Assembly (NCBI GenBank): GCA_963724295.1
Contig: CAVRUC010000005.1
Location: 224,001 to 288,000, forward strand
Reading direction: 5' to 3'
Length of the DNA: 64,000 bases
Source of the DNA: an uncultured Chloroflexia bacterium
GTDB taxonomy: Bacteria > Chloroflexota > Chloroflexia > Thermomicrobiales > UBA6265
Positions 41,127 through 52,239 of this stretch are shown one piece after another (the stretch's first letter is position 1; the number at the start of each line of letters is the position of its first letter). A model generated the notes under the pieces. That model was not told the DNA's origin. It was given only the letters and a program-made list of their open reading frames with translations, and did no database searches. A program made the position numbers and the translations under genes.

Positions 41127-41900
41127 GTGACGATCACGTTTGTGCACTTAAGCGATCTGCATCTCGCCCCGCCCGGACAGCTCCTTGCCGGCGTCGACTC
41201 CATGCGGCAAATGCGGGCCGTGCTGGATCGCATCAAACAGCTCGACGCGGCGCCCGCGTTCATCGTCGTCAGCGGCGACCTTGTTGATGATGGCTCCGCC
41301 GAAAGTTACGCGGTCGTCAACGAGGTCTTGCAGGAGCTTGGCGCGCGAGCCACGCCGGTCCTCCTCGCGCTCGGCAACCACGACGACCGGGCGGCGTTCC
41401 GCCGCGTTGTCCTGGGAGAGGGGCGTTCGGACCCCCAGAGTCCGTACCACTACAGCCAGCTCATCGACGGGCTACGGGTGATCGTGCTCGACTCGACGAT
41501 TCCCGGTGACGTCGGCGGCGCGCTGGGAGCGACCCAACTCGCCTGGCTGGAGGCCCAACTCGCGGAACCTGTCCCGTGGGGAAACCTGATCGTGCTCCAC
41601 CATCCCTGTCGGCTGGTCGCTCCGCCGCACCACTACCCGGCGTTCATCGTGCGTGAGGCGGCGGCCCTGGAAGAGATCGTGGCGCACCACCAGGACGTGG
41701 TCGTCGGGGTCCTGGCGGGTCATTCGCACCAGGCGAATAGCGCGCCTTTCGGGGGCACCCTGCACGTGACCGCGCCGGCGGTGCTGTGCCAGCTCGATTA
41801 CTTCGCGGGCGAGCAATACGTTCCGATCCCCGGTGCGGGCTTCAATCTCTGCCAGATCGACGACGGTCAATTTGCCGTCCATCCGGTTCTGCTGACGTAA
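41127..41900 (+). CDS. Metallophosphoesterase (CpdA/Icc-like)
   Basis: SDLH, SGDL, GNHD, LHHP, GHSH. Confidence 0.9.
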   Translation: MTITFVHLSDLHLAPPGQLLAGVDSMRQMRAVLDRIKQLDAAPAFIVVSGDLVDDGSAESYAVVNEVLQELGARATPVLLALGNHDDRAAFRRVVLGEGRSDPQSPYHYSQLIDGLRVIVLDSTIPGDVGGALGATQLAWLEAQLAEPVPWGNLIVLHHPCRLVAPPHHYPAFIVREAAALEEIVAHHQDVVVGVLAGHSHQANSAPFGGTLHVTAPAVLCQLDYFAGEQYVPIPGAGFNLCQIDDGQFAVHPVLLT

Positions 41901-42151
41901 GGGGGTGCCGGTCGCTACGCTCCCTCAGGGGGAGTCGCTGCGCTCAGGGGGTGCCGGCGGTTTCACCGCCTCAGGGGGTGTCGCCTCCGGCTCAGGGGGG
42001 AAGGACGACGAGGCGTACGACGCGGTCGTTCGTCGGTCTCCTTCGCCCCCTGAGTCCGCACAGCGGACGCCTCCCCCCGAGGGAGCGTAGCGACCGGCAC
42101 CCCCTGAAGCCGCTCTAGCGGCTGCCACCCCCTGAGCCCAGCGACTCCCCC
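41901..42151. repeat. Modular inverted repeat array of GGGGG...CTCA hairpin units
   Basis: Four units on the + strand, a central spacer, then four inverted units; the unit at 41901-41926 is mirrored at 42079-42104. Confidence 0.8.
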
Positions 42152-42161
42152 TCCGTCCCTC

Positions 42162-42213
42162 CTTCACATTTCCGTGCCGCCTTCACGGCGTCTCCACATT
42201 GTGGCCGTACCGT
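42162..42213 (+). promoter_or_regulatory. 37-bp conserved motif plus -10-like TACCGT, copy 1
   Basis: CTTCACATTTCCGTGCCGCCTTCACGGCGTCTCCACA is identical to 45165-45201. Confidence 0.75.
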
Positions 42214-42295
42214 TGAGGGTAGATGGCGGTCAGGTGCCGCCAGTGATACTGATTGGAGCACTCGCGTGCTCCCCGGCACATGAAAGGGCAGAACG

Positions 42296-42700
42296 ATGGA
42301 TCCGATGTTGACCGACATGCCGATGCACTACGCGGGTGGAGGCTTCCCCTGGGGATTGCTGATCATCGGCGGCATCGTCTATTTCCTCTGGAGCAAAGGC
42401 GTGTTTGACGGCCGCGGACGCTTTGGCAACGGTGGGCGATTCGGCGGCTATGGCGCGGGCTACGGTTCGGCGCAGGGGCCCGAGGATCCCGGGTACGGAC
42501 CCAGCGCCGGCGCCGGACAGGGAAGCACTCCCGGCTTCAGCGGCCCCCGCGCGATGTTCGAGGACTGGCACCGGCAGGCGCACGAGACGTCCGGCACGCC
42601 AGATCACGGCGAGGCGCAGTCCACTCCCCCGGCATCTGCGACGCCGCCAGCCGCGGCTCCGGAAGCACCTGTATCAGGTGATGGTGGACCGGTCCGCTAG
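42296..42700 (+). CDS. Small membrane protein (FPWGL-TM, GPR.FEDWHRQAHE motif)
   Basis: Shares both motifs with 45270..45944. Confidence 0.8.
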   Translation: MDPMLTDMPMHYAGGGFPWGLLIIGGIVYFLWSKGVFDGRGRFGNGGRFGGYGAGYGSAQGPEDPGYGPSAGAGQGSTPGFSGPRAMFEDWHRQAHETSGTPDHGEAQSTPPASATPPAAAPEAPVSGDGGPVR

Positions 42701-42738
42701 GCAGGGAGTACCTCATCGAATCGCGCGGAAGAAAGTTT

Positions 42739-42767
42739 GCGGGACCTGGCGTTGGGCCAGGTCCCGC
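42739..42767. terminator. Hairpin terminator downstream of groEL and the convergent gene
   Basis: GCGGGACCTGGC-GTTGG-GCCAGGTCCCGC, 12-bp stem. Confidence 0.7.
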
Positions 42768-42803
42768 GATATTCATGCCTCGTCAGAAGCAGTCGAAGCG
42801 GAA

Positions 42804-44474
<1,671 letters not shown>

Positions 44475-44504
44475 TTAAGTTCGTAGACGCTGCCTTGCAG
44501 CTCG

Positions 44505-44831
44505 CTAGTCCGCGATGATCGCCAGAATGTCCTTCTCGGACAGGATCAGCAGGTCCTCCTCCTCGAGCTTGAACTCGGTGCCGGAATACTTGGCAAAGAG
44601 GACCTCGCTTCCGGCCGCGACGTCCATCGGTATGCGATTGCCGTCCTCGTCCCGCCGGCCATCACCAACCGCGATGACGGTGCCGCGCTGCGGCTTCTCC
44701 TTGGCAGTGTCCGGGATGACGATCCCCGACCTGGTCGTTTCTTCACGGCCCGACGGCCGCACCACCACGCGGTCTCCGAGCGGGCGCAGCTTCGCCGCGA
44801 CCTCGGTTCCATTGGACTGGGTCTTCGCCAT
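44505..44831 (-). CDS. groS: Co-chaperonin GroES
   Basis: [27 protein letters not shown]; start re-called to ATG 44831 with GGAGGA RBS. Confidence 0.98.
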   Translation of the reverse strand: MAKTQSNGTEVAAKLRPLGDRVVVRPSGREETTRSGIVIPDTAKEKPQRGTVIAVGDGRRDEDGNRIPMDVAAGSEVLFAKYSGTEFKLEEEDLLILSEKDILAIIAD

Positions 44832-44915
44832 GTTCGCTTCCTCCAACCTCAAAGACTCACGGAGCCGCCCCCGGGACCGGTTCCCGGCAAGCTCCAACCA
44901 ACTCATGCGCGACGT

Positions 44916-44944
44916 ATTGTATGCAGGCGGCTGGCACTCTTCAA
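44916..44944 (-). promoter_or_regulatory. Sigma-70 promoter of groESL, TTGAAG-N17-TACAAT
   Basis: -35 at 44944-44939, -10 at 44921-44916; the -35 lies inside the CIRCE element. Confidence 0.75.
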
Positions 44945-44957
44945 GGGAGAGTGCTAA
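44931..44957 (-). promoter_or_regulatory. CIRCE operator (HrcA site)
   Basis: TTAGCACTC-N9-GAGTGCCAG versus consensus TTAGCACTC-N9-GAGTGCTAA. Confidence 0.92.
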
Positions 44958-45021
44958 GACGGCAAGTCGGCAAGTCGGCAAGACGGCAAGTCGGCAAGTC
45001 GGCAAGTCGGCAAGACGGCAA
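44958..45021. repeat. Octamer tandem array (GWCGGCAA) x8
   Basis: Read directly; abuts the CIRCE element. Confidence 0.95.
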
Positions 45022-45164
45022 GGATGAGCATGGACCGATTTCCGTGGTGGCTGCCTCGCGTAGCCTTTGCAGCCTTTGCAGTATTCGGACGCACCGTCGC
45101 CAGTCGCCCTCTAGTCCTCTTCCTGTCCTCTTCTCGCCATCTGGCCGTCTGGCCGTCTCCCGTT

Positions 45165-45216
45165 CTTCACATTTCCGTGCCGCCTTCACGGCGTCTCCAC
45201 AATTCGCGCCTACTCT
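45165..45216 (+). promoter_or_regulatory. 37-bp conserved motif plus -10-like TACTCT, copy 2
   Basis: Identical to 42162-42198, with the same 9-nt spacing to the -10-like hexamer. Confidence 0.75.
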
Positions 45217-45269
45217 GAAACTTAGAAGGCGGCGATGCACCGCCGGTGATGAGAAAAGGAGTACGCAAC

Positions 45270-45944
45270 GTGCACAACGGCAATGGCAAACGGTGGTTAC
45301 TGATCGGCCTCATCGTCCTGGGTGGGTTCTGGCTCGTCAACGATGCCTATGACGACGGCTTTCGAGACGCGCTGGTCCAGAGCGGCCAGGGGCAATCTGT
45401 CCGCCACTACCAGGGTGGTCCGCACTTCCCCTGGGGGCTGGTGATTCTCGGCGGCATTGGCTACATCGCCTGGCGGAAGGGCGCGTTCGATCGCTTCGGC
45501 GGTCCGGGTGGGCCTTTCGGGAACGGCGGTCAGCACGGTGAGCGGGGTGTGCAGCGTTACGGCGTGGACAATGGCCAGGTCCAGACTCCAGGCGCAGCGG
45601 CGTCGGGTCAAGGGGGTAGCCCGGTCTTCCGTGGCCCGCGCGCGTACTTCGAAGAATGGCACCGGCAGGCGCACGAGGGGACCGGCCGTGCACAGTACCC
45701 GGCGCCTCCCGCTCCACCGGCGCCGCCGGCCGGAGCGCCGGTTGCCAGTTATGACGCCCCGCAGGGAGGCTTCTCACCAACCCCGCCGCCGACCCCGCCA
45801 GCGCCCGAGTACTGGGCGTCGATGGCTCGCGCGGCCGAGGCGGCCGGTACCCCCGGCGCTGTGGTGACGCCGCCCGCCGCGCCGGAAGTTCGGCAGGACG
45901 GGCATTCGGACGGTTCTCGCGGCGCGGCCGGAACCGCGGTCTAG
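45270..45944 (+). CDS. Membrane protein with Pro-rich tail (FPWGL-TM, GPR.FEEWHRQAHE motif)
   Basis: AAGGAG RBS before GTG 45270; two hydrophobic segments; paralogue of 42296..42700. Confidence 0.8.
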   Translation: MHNGNGKRWLLIGLIVLGGFWLVNDAYDDGFRDALVQSGQGQSVRHYQGGPHFPWGLVILGGIGYIAWRKGAFDRFGGPGGPFGNGGQHGERGVQRYGVDNGQVQTPGAAASGQGGSPVFRGPRAYFEEWHRQAHEGTGRAQYPAPPAPPAPPAGAPVASYDAPQGGFSPTPPPTPPAPEYWASMARAAEAAGTPGAVVTPPAAPEVRQDGHSDGSRGAAGTAV

Positions 45945-46032
45945 GGGTGGTAAGGTGACGACAACGGTCTGGGGCGTGCGCGGCGTGGGAATCCTCCCGC
46001 GCCGCGTCCTGGGGGCCGGTCCGGTGACATTG

Positions 46033-46710
46033 ATGAAGAACATCCTCGTAGTCGAAGACGAGCCGGAGATCGCGCGCGTCATCCGGGACTATCTGCAGGC
46101 GGCCGGGTTCACGGTCAGTGTGGCGGCCGACGGCGAGAGCGCCTTGCAGAGCGCGCGCGCCTCTCGTCCCGATCTGGTGGTGCTCGATCTGGGTCTGCCC
46201 GGCCGTGACGGGCTCGACGTCACGCGCGAGCTGCGTCGTACTTCTGACGTTCCGATCGTTGTCGTCACGGCCCGCGGCGACGAGGCCGATCGTATCGTCG
46301 GGCTGGAGCTCGGCGCCGATGACTACGTTGTGAAACCGTTCAGCCCGAAGGAGCTGGTAGCGCGAGTGCGCGCGCTCTTTCGCCGCGTCGATGGCCGCGA
46401 TGAGCCGGGCGACATCATCCGGGTGGCCGATCTGGAGATCGACATCCCGCGCATGCGGGTGACCGTCAACGGCCATGCGGTGGAGCTGACCGCCAGCGAG
46501 TTCCAGCTGCTGGCCGCGATGGCCCGGGAGCCGGGGCGGGTCTTCACGCGAGGACAGCTCCTCGACGTGTTGCACGGGGTCGCGTTCGAGTCCTACGAGC
46601 GGGCGATCGACGCCCATGTGAAGAACCTGCGCCGCAAGATCGAGCCGGAGCCGGGGACGACTCGCTACGTGCAGACGGTCTACGGCGTCGGCTACCGCTT
46701 CGCCGGCTGA
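46033..46710 (+). CDS. OmpR/PhoB-family response regulator
   Basis: VEDE, LDLGLP, GADDYVVKPF, DAHVKNLRRK, TVYGVGY. Confidence 0.96.
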   Translation: MKNILVVEDEPEIARVIRDYLQAAGFTVSVAADGESALQSARASRPDLVVLDLGLPGRDGLDVTRELRRTSDVPIVVVTARGDEADRIVGLELGADDYVVKPFSPKELVARVRALFRRVDGRDEPGDIIRVADLEIDIPRMRVTVNGHAVELTASEFQLLAAMAREPGRVFTRGQLLDVLHGVAFESYERAIDAHVKNLRRKIEPEPGTTRYVQTVYGVGYRFAG

Positions 46711-47933
46711 TGCGCGACCCGGCGTCCACTTCCCCTCTCCCGGAGCCGCGGCCACTTCTCGATCCGCCGTTCCAGCCCATCCCACCTCCGCAGCCGGCGC
46801 GCCCGCTGGCTCTGCCAGTGGCAGCACGACGGCACGGGCCGCCGCGACCTCCCTGGTGGCCGGAGGATGAGCCCTGGCCGCCGCCGGGGCGATCGAAGCG
46901 CCGGGGCGGGTTCCTGCGCAAGGTTGGCTGCTTCTTCGGAGTGATCATCGGATTGATGATCGCCGCGAGCGTGCTGGGCGCGATCTTCAGTGACGATCGC
47001 GGTCGGCATGATGGTGGACCGTCCTGGGGATTCTTCGTCCTGATCCTCATGATCGGCGGGCTCTTCTTCGCCTGGAGGACGGTGCGCAGCACCGCGGCTC
47101 CGATCGCCGAGGTGATGTCGGCCGCGGACCGTGTCGCCGACGGCGATTACGCGGTGCGGGTGGAGACCCGCGCCAATGGCGAGGTCGGCCGCCTGGTGGA
47201 GTCATTCAATGCCATGACCAGCCGTCTCGAGGTGAATGAGACGCAGCGGCGCAACCTTTTCGCTGACGTGGCGCACGAGCTGCGCACTCCGCTCTCGATC
47301 ATCCGCGGCAACACCGAGGGGATGCTCGACGGGGTCTACCCCCGCGACGACGCGCATCTGGAGACGGTCCTGGACGCGACGGCGGTGATGGCTCGTCTGC
47401 TGGATGACCTGCGCACGCTCTCCCTGACTGATACCGGCGCGCTGCGGTTGCACAAGCAGACGACCGACGTCGCCGAGCTGCTGGACGACGTGCGCTACGC
47501 CTTCACCCCGCGCGCCGCGGAGGCCGGTGTGACGTTCACGCTGGCATCAGAGCCGCTGCCCCCGCTCGACGTCGACCCGGTGCGCGTGCGTCAGGTGCTG
47601 GAGAACCTGCTCGACAACGCGCTGCGGCACACACCGCGCGGCGGCACGATCCGGGTCGAGGCGGGGCGAGAAGGACCGGCGGCGCTCTTCCGGGTGGCCG
47701 ACACCGGTCGCGGCATCCCCGCCGAGGCGCTGCCGCATGTCTTTGACCGCTTCTGGAAATCAGCCGACTCCGGGGGCAGCGGTCTTGGTCTGGCGATCGC
47801 CCGCGGTCTCGTCGAGGCCCACGGCGGCAAGATTCGTGTCGACAGCGTCGTGGGCCGCGGCACGGTGGTGTCGTTTACGTTGCCGGTGGAACGAGTGGAG
47901 AAGAAGTTGTCAGTCGTGAGTCGGCAGTCGTAA
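46710..47933 (+). CDS. HAMP sensor histidine kinase with very short extracellular loop (BaeS-like, intramembrane-sensing type)
   Basis: Two TMs, HAMP, HELRTP, NLLDNA, DTGRGI, GLGLAI. Confidence 0.95.
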   Translation: MRDPASTSPLPEPRPLLDPPFQPIPPPQPARPLALPVAARRHGPPRPPWWPEDEPWPPPGRSKRRGGFLRKVGCFFGVIIGLMIAASVLGAIFSDDRGRHDGGPSWGFFVLILMIGGLFFAWRTVRSTAAPIAEVMSAADRVADGDYAVRVETRANGEVGRLVESFNAMTSRLEVNETQRRNLFADVAHELRTPLSIIRGNTEGMLDGVYPRDDAHLETVLDATAVMARLLDDLRTLSLTDTGALRLHKQTTDVAELLDDVRYAFTPRAAEAGVTFTLASEPLPPLDVDPVRVRQVLENLLDNALRHTPRGGTIRVEAGREGPAALFRVADTGRGIPAEALPHVFDRFWKSADSGGSGLGLAIARGLVEAHGGKIRVDSVVGRGTVVSFTLPVERVEKKLSVVSRQS

Positions 47934-47975
47934 GCGAGACGGCGAGTCAGTGCACTCAATTCAGGAGGCGGTCTG

Positions 47976-48461
47976 ATGGTAACGACGATTGCGGAGGGAG
48001 TTGCGACGCGGGAGGCAGGGAAGCTGCCGCCGTGGCTCAAAGGCATCAACCGGGTGGTCATGGTGTTGCAGCGTCTTGGCTTCGTCGTGGGGACGATGCA
48101 TGTGCTGGCCGTTCCTGGTCGGCGTAGCGGGGTCTACCGCTCGACTCCTGTTTCACTCCTCAGCGTCGACGGCCAGCGCTACATCGTTGCTGGGCTGGAT
48201 GATGCCGATTGGGTGCTCAATGCCCGTGTCGCCGGCCGTGGCCTGCTCCATCGCGGACGGACCGAGGAGCACGTCTCCCTGATCGAGCTCCCGGTCGAAG
48301 AGCGTGCTCCGGTCCTGCGCGCGTTTCCCAAGCTGATCCCGCAAGAGCTGATCCCGCAAGGCGTCCCGTTCTTCACCCGGCTCTATGGAGTCGGAGCTGA
48401 CCCGGAAGCGTTCGCGGCGCTGGCCACCACGTGTCCAGTATTTCGGGTAGAACGCCGGTGA
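47976..48461 (+). CDS. Deazaflavin (F420)-dependent nitroreductase-like / DUF385 protein
   Basis: GRRSG..RSTPV, DWVLNAR, CPVFR. Confidence 0.75.
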   Translation: MVTTIAEGVATREAGKLPPWLKGINRVVMVLQRLGFVVGTMHVLAVPGRRSGVYRSTPVSLLSVDGQRYIVAGLDDADWVLNARVAGRGLLHRGRTEEHVSLIELPVEERAPVLRAFPKLIPQELIPQGVPFFTRLYGVGADPEAFAALATTCPVFRVERR

Positions 48462-48578
48462 TCGAGTTGGCGGAGAGCCACGAGTTCGCTCCTTGATTCT
48501 CTTCGACTTCTGACCTCACAAAGCATCTGCTGCCACGTTCTATTTACAGAGTCATGATGGAGCGGAACGGAGGCAGCG

Positions 48579-48809
48579 ATGCACAACTTTTTCACGATTG
48601 ACGTCGAAGCCGAGATGCGTCGGCAGGAACTGGAACGGTCAGCCGCGGCGGACGCGCGGGCCGCGCAGGCATGCTCCTCCAGGCGGAACTGGAGCTGGCT
48701 CACACGGGTATTTCGGTCTCAGACAAGCGTGCCGGCGCTGGCCTCACCAGGTACACCCGTAAACGCGCTGCTGGAATTGCCCCGCGTTCCGCGGCCGGTC
48801 GCGTGTTGA
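48579..48809 (+). CDS. Small hypothetical protein
   Basis: GGAGG RBS; helical EAEMRRQELER N-terminus; strong hairpin downstream at 48887-48919. Confidence 0.55.
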   Translation: MHNFFTIDVEAEMRRQELERSAAADARAAQACSSRRNWSWLTRVFRSQTSVPALASPGTPVNALLELPRVPRPVAC

Positions 48810-49049
48810 GCGTGAATCAGTCCGGCACCCTGGCACTCTGGCGTCTCAACAGGTAACGCATCGCTCCCTCTGGAGCGGCCCAGGTCGATCCCGCATCGGA
48901 ATACTCCCGGTGCGGGATCAGCGTCTGTGCGCCTGATCCTGAGACCGCGCACCTCGAGTACCAACTCGACAATGCGCGAACCACATTCGCGGGGATTGCG
49001 TTCAGACGTCAATGCTTGCGAGCCATCTACAAAGTTTCGGATGCAGGAA

Positions 49050-50297
49050 TCAGCTTCCTGTCGCAAACTGATCTTCGGCCAGTCCCAGCCCCGCCAGATA
49101 GTCATTCGTAAACGTCCCGTGCGGATCCATTTCGACGCGGATCGCCTGGAAGACTGGTAGCTCCGGGTAGAGGTTGGCGATCTCGTCCGAGTCGAGGAAA
49201 TGCAGCTTGCCCCAGTGGGGCCGGCCATCGTGGGCGAGGAAGATCGCCTCGGCGTCACGGAAGAGAGGCTCGTACGGCAGATCCATCGCCTGGTGCAGGC
49301 TGATGGTGACGCTCTCCCTGCCCCGCGTGGGACTGAGCAGACTTTGCTCGCCCGGCTGCGTGCGGTACTCGACGGCCCACGTACAGTCCGGGTGGCGGGT
49401 CTGCATCAGCCGGCGGACCTCACGCATCGCCGCCGGCCCCTCGGCCAGCGGCAACGTGTACTCCATCTCGACGAAGGGAAAGGTTCGCGTCGAGGGGTAG
49501 ATGCGCCAGCTCCAGTCGACCGCGTCCGGTTTGAGATAGCGCTCGATGGTGCCGGGCAGGGCCTCCGGCGCCTCGACGCGAAACGGCTCCTCCTCCGTCT
49601 CCACGAAGGTTTTCAGCACGCAGCGATCGTGTGCCGGCAGCCACCAGAACTCGGCATTGCGCCGCGACTTCTCTTCCGCCAGGAAGCCATCGAGGCATTC
49701 GTCGAAGGGGAGGGCTTGTGTGCGCTCGTGCAGCTTGTAGGCGGGAACAGTTGCCAGGGTCACCCGGGTCAGCACGCCGATCAGGCCCAGACCAAGTGAG
49801 GCCGCACGCAGCCGTTCCGGCTCGGTGACCCCGATGGCAACCAACTCGCCGTCGGGACGCATCAGCTCCACCGCACGCACCGCCGAAGAAAAGCTGCCGT
49901 GCTTGCGCCCGGTGCCATGAGTCCCGGTGGAAACCGCACCGGCGATAGCCTGCCGGTCGATGTCCCCCTGGTTTGCAAACGCCCGGCCCCGCCCAAGCAA
50001 TGGTTCGCCGAGATCGGCAATGCGGCTCCCCGACCAGATCGTTGCTTCGCCGGTCTCGGAATCGACCCGTTCGACTCCGGCAAGGCGGGAGAGATCGAGC
50101 AGCGTGCCGTTCGTCGCGCACAACGGCGCGAAAGAGTGTCCCGCGCCGGCAACGCGAACCGTCGCGCCACGCCGGGCCGCCTCGACCACTGCCAGGCGCA
50201 ATTCGGCAAGGGAGCCCGGCGTAACCAGGATGCGCGGTGTGGCGTGGACATTTCCCGCCCAATTCGTCCAGGTTCCGCTCGCGATCGTGCCCTTCAT
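49050..50297 (-). CDS. FAD-linked oxidase (aldonolactone/alditol oxidase family)
   Basis: WTNWAG, GAGHSF, STGTHG, EMEY, GRPHWGK. Confidence 0.92.
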   Translation of the reverse strand: MKGTIASGTWTNWAGNVHATPRILVTPGSLAELRLAVVEAARRGATVRVAGAGHSFAPLCATNGTLLDLSRLAGVERVDSETGEATIWSGSRIADLGEPLLGRGRAFANQGDIDRQAIAGAVSTGTHGTGRKHGSFSSAVRAVELMRPDGELVAIGVTEPERLRAASLGLGLIGVLTRVTLATVPAYKLHERTQALPFDECLDGFLAEEKSRRNAEFWWLPAHDRCVLKTFVETEEEPFRVEAPEALPGTIERYLKPDAVDWSWRIYPSTRTFPFVEMEYTLPLAEGPAAMREVRRLMQTRHPDCTWAVEYRTQPGEQSLLSPTRGRESVTISLHQAMDLPYEPLFRDAEAIFLAHDGRPHWGKLHFLDSDEIANLYPELPVFQAIRVEMDPHGTFTNDYLAGLGLAEDQFATGS

Positions 50298-50381
50298 CAG
50301 GATGTTTTCCCGCCCTTACCTTGCGATGGTGTAGCGCCACGCTACCACGCGGCACACCGAGGCGCTTTGTATACTGGCGGA

Positions 50382-50490
50382 CCGGTGAGTCGGTGAGTTG
50401 GCACGCAAGTTCCCTGGAAGTTCGGGAAGTTCGACTCATCTCCATCACCCATCACCCTGCGACCCTGCGACCCTGCGACCCTGCGACCCT
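50382..50490. repeat. Mixed 7/8/9-mer tandem arrays (CGGTGAGT x2, GGAAGTTCG x2, CCATCAC x2, CCCTGCGA x4)
   Basis: Read directly, in the divergent intergenic region. Confidence 0.85.
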
Positions 50491-50523
50491 AAAAGCCAAT
50501 AGCCCACCAGAGGAAACGGTTCG

Positions 50524-52119
50524 ATGCCCGGAGATTTGCTACTCGTCAATGGCCGCATCCGCACGATGGACGCGGCAAAGCCAGCTGCCTCCGCCATTGC
50601 GATTCGCATGGGACGGGTCGTCTACGCCGGAGATGATGCCGGGGCGATGGCAGCCGCGGCCCCTGGCGCACCCGTCATCGACCTGGCAGGGCGAACCGCA
50701 ACTCCCGGTCTGAACGACGCCCACGCCCACCCGATGGGCGTCGGTTTCACCCTGTTCGATCTCGATCTCTCCCCGGAGCGCCATGCCGGCATAACCGACC
50801 TGCAAGCCCTCGTACGCGAGGCTGTCACCGCCAGACCTGCCGGGACGTGGATTCTCGGCCGCGGCTATGACGACGCGCGCCTCGCCGAGCGGCGGCATCC
50901 GACCCGAGCCGATCTCGACCTCGTTGCTCCCGATCATCCGGTTGTGCTCATCCGGATGTGCCACCACATCGGCGTCGCCAACTCGGCGGCGCTGCGTCTG
51001 GCCGGAATCACCCGTGATACCCCCGATCCTGATGACGGTCTCTTCGACCGTGACGAGCTCGGTGAGCCGACCGGGGTGCTGCGCGACGGCGCGCTTGGCA
51101 GCGTGCGCGCGCTGATGCCGGAGCCTGACGAAGCCGCGATGATGGCGGCGCTGGAAGCCGGGGGTCACGAGTTTCTGCGGCAGGGCGTTACGAGCGCGGT
51201 CGAAGCCGGTATTCGCGATCCGCGTGAGCTGCGCGCCTACCAGCGGTTGCGCGAGGCGGGGAGACTGCCGGTCCGCACCTACCTCATGATGATGATCGAC
51301 GAGACCCTCGACAACCTGATCTCCCTCGGCATCCGCACCGGATTCGGCGACGAATGGGTGCGCATCGGCCCGGCGAAGCTCGTCATCGACGGCTCGATCG
51401 GTGCTCGTACGGCGAGGATGCTCGCGCCCTACGAAGGCGAGCCGGACAACGTCGGTCTCTGGATGATGCCGCCGGATGAGTTCACGACGAAGGTGCGCCG
51501 TGCCCATGATGCCGGATTCCAGGTCGGTATCCATGCGATCGGCGACGCCGCGATCGATCTCGTTCTCGATGCCTATCAGGCGGTGCAGGCGGCCAGTCCG
51601 CGCCCTGACCCCCGCCATCGCATCGAGCACTGCTCGATCGTCGACGACCGCATCCTGGGACGCATCCGCGACATCGGAGCGGTGCCGATCCCCGGCACGT
51701 CGTTCCTGCGTCACTTCCGCGATGCCTACGTCAACAACCTCGGCGAATGGCGCATCGGGCAGGCCTACGGCATGCGGTCATTCGCGCGCTTCGGCATTAC
51801 TGCCGCCGCCTCATCCGACGCGCCGGTGGTGCCGGTGAACGCACTCGCCGGTGTGCAGACAATGGTCACCCGGCGCGACATCCTGGGTCGCCCCTGCAAT
51901 CCAGAGGAAGCCGTCTCGCTGGAAGACGCTCTGCGGGCCTATACCGTCAACGGCGCCTTCGCCTCCTTTGAGGAGGGGATCAAGGGCACATTGCGTCCGG
52001 GAATGCTCGGCGACGTGACCATCTTCGAAACGGATCTCTTCTCGATCGACCCCCACGACCTGGCTACAACGCGGGTGGACTACACGGTGATCGCTGGCGA
52101 GGTGGCATATGAGAGATAG
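50524..52119 (+). CDS. Amidohydrolase 3 (YtcJ-like)
   Basis: PGLNDAHAH, KLVIDGSIG, HAIGD, RIEHC, SSDAP. Confidence 0.93.
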   Translation: MPGDLLLVNGRIRTMDAAKPAASAIAIRMGRVVYAGDDAGAMAAAAPGAPVIDLAGRTATPGLNDAHAHPMGVGFTLFDLDLSPERHAGITDLQALVREAVTARPAGTWILGRGYDDARLAERRHPTRADLDLVAPDHPVVLIRMCHHIGVANSAALRLAGITRDTPDPDDGLFDRDELGEPTGVLRDGALGSVRALMPEPDEAAMMAALEAGGHEFLRQGVTSAVEAGIRDPRELRAYQRLREAGRLPVRTYLMMMIDETLDNLISLGIRTGFGDEWVRIGPAKLVIDGSIGARTARMLAPYEGEPDNVGLWMMPPDEFTTKVRRAHDAGFQVGIHAIGDAAIDLVLDAYQAVQAASPRPDPRHRIEHCSIVDDRILGRIRDIGAVPIPGTSFLRHFRDAYVNNLGEWRIGQAYGMRSFARFGITAAASSDAPVVPVNALAGVQTMVTRRDILGRPCNPEEAVSLEDALRAYTVNGAFASFEEGIKGTLRPGMLGDVTIFETDLFSIDPHDLATTRVDYTVIAGEVAYER

Positions 52120-52226
52120 TCGGTAAGTCGGTGAGTCGTGAGTCGTGAGTCGTGAGCAAGACGCTATACTCCGTCGTCCTGACACCCTGTCACCCTGTCA
52201 CCCGTCACCCATCACCTATCACCCAC
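52118..52226. repeat. 7/8-mer tandem arrays (AGTCGGTR, AGTCGTG x3; CACCCTGT, CACCCRT)
   Basis: Read directly; starts at the stop codon of the amidohydrolase. Confidence 0.85.
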
Positions 52227-52239
52227 CGTGGAGGTTCCC

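Noticed and set aside
41901..42151. Possible CRISPR array
   Set aside because: The constant part is only ~9 nt, the variable parts are 10-20-nt hairpins, orientation flips midway, and no cas genes are present
44832..45005. N-terminal extension of GroES shown in the ORF track
   Set aside because: It is translated repeat, CIRCE and promoter sequence; the real start with RBS is ATG 44831
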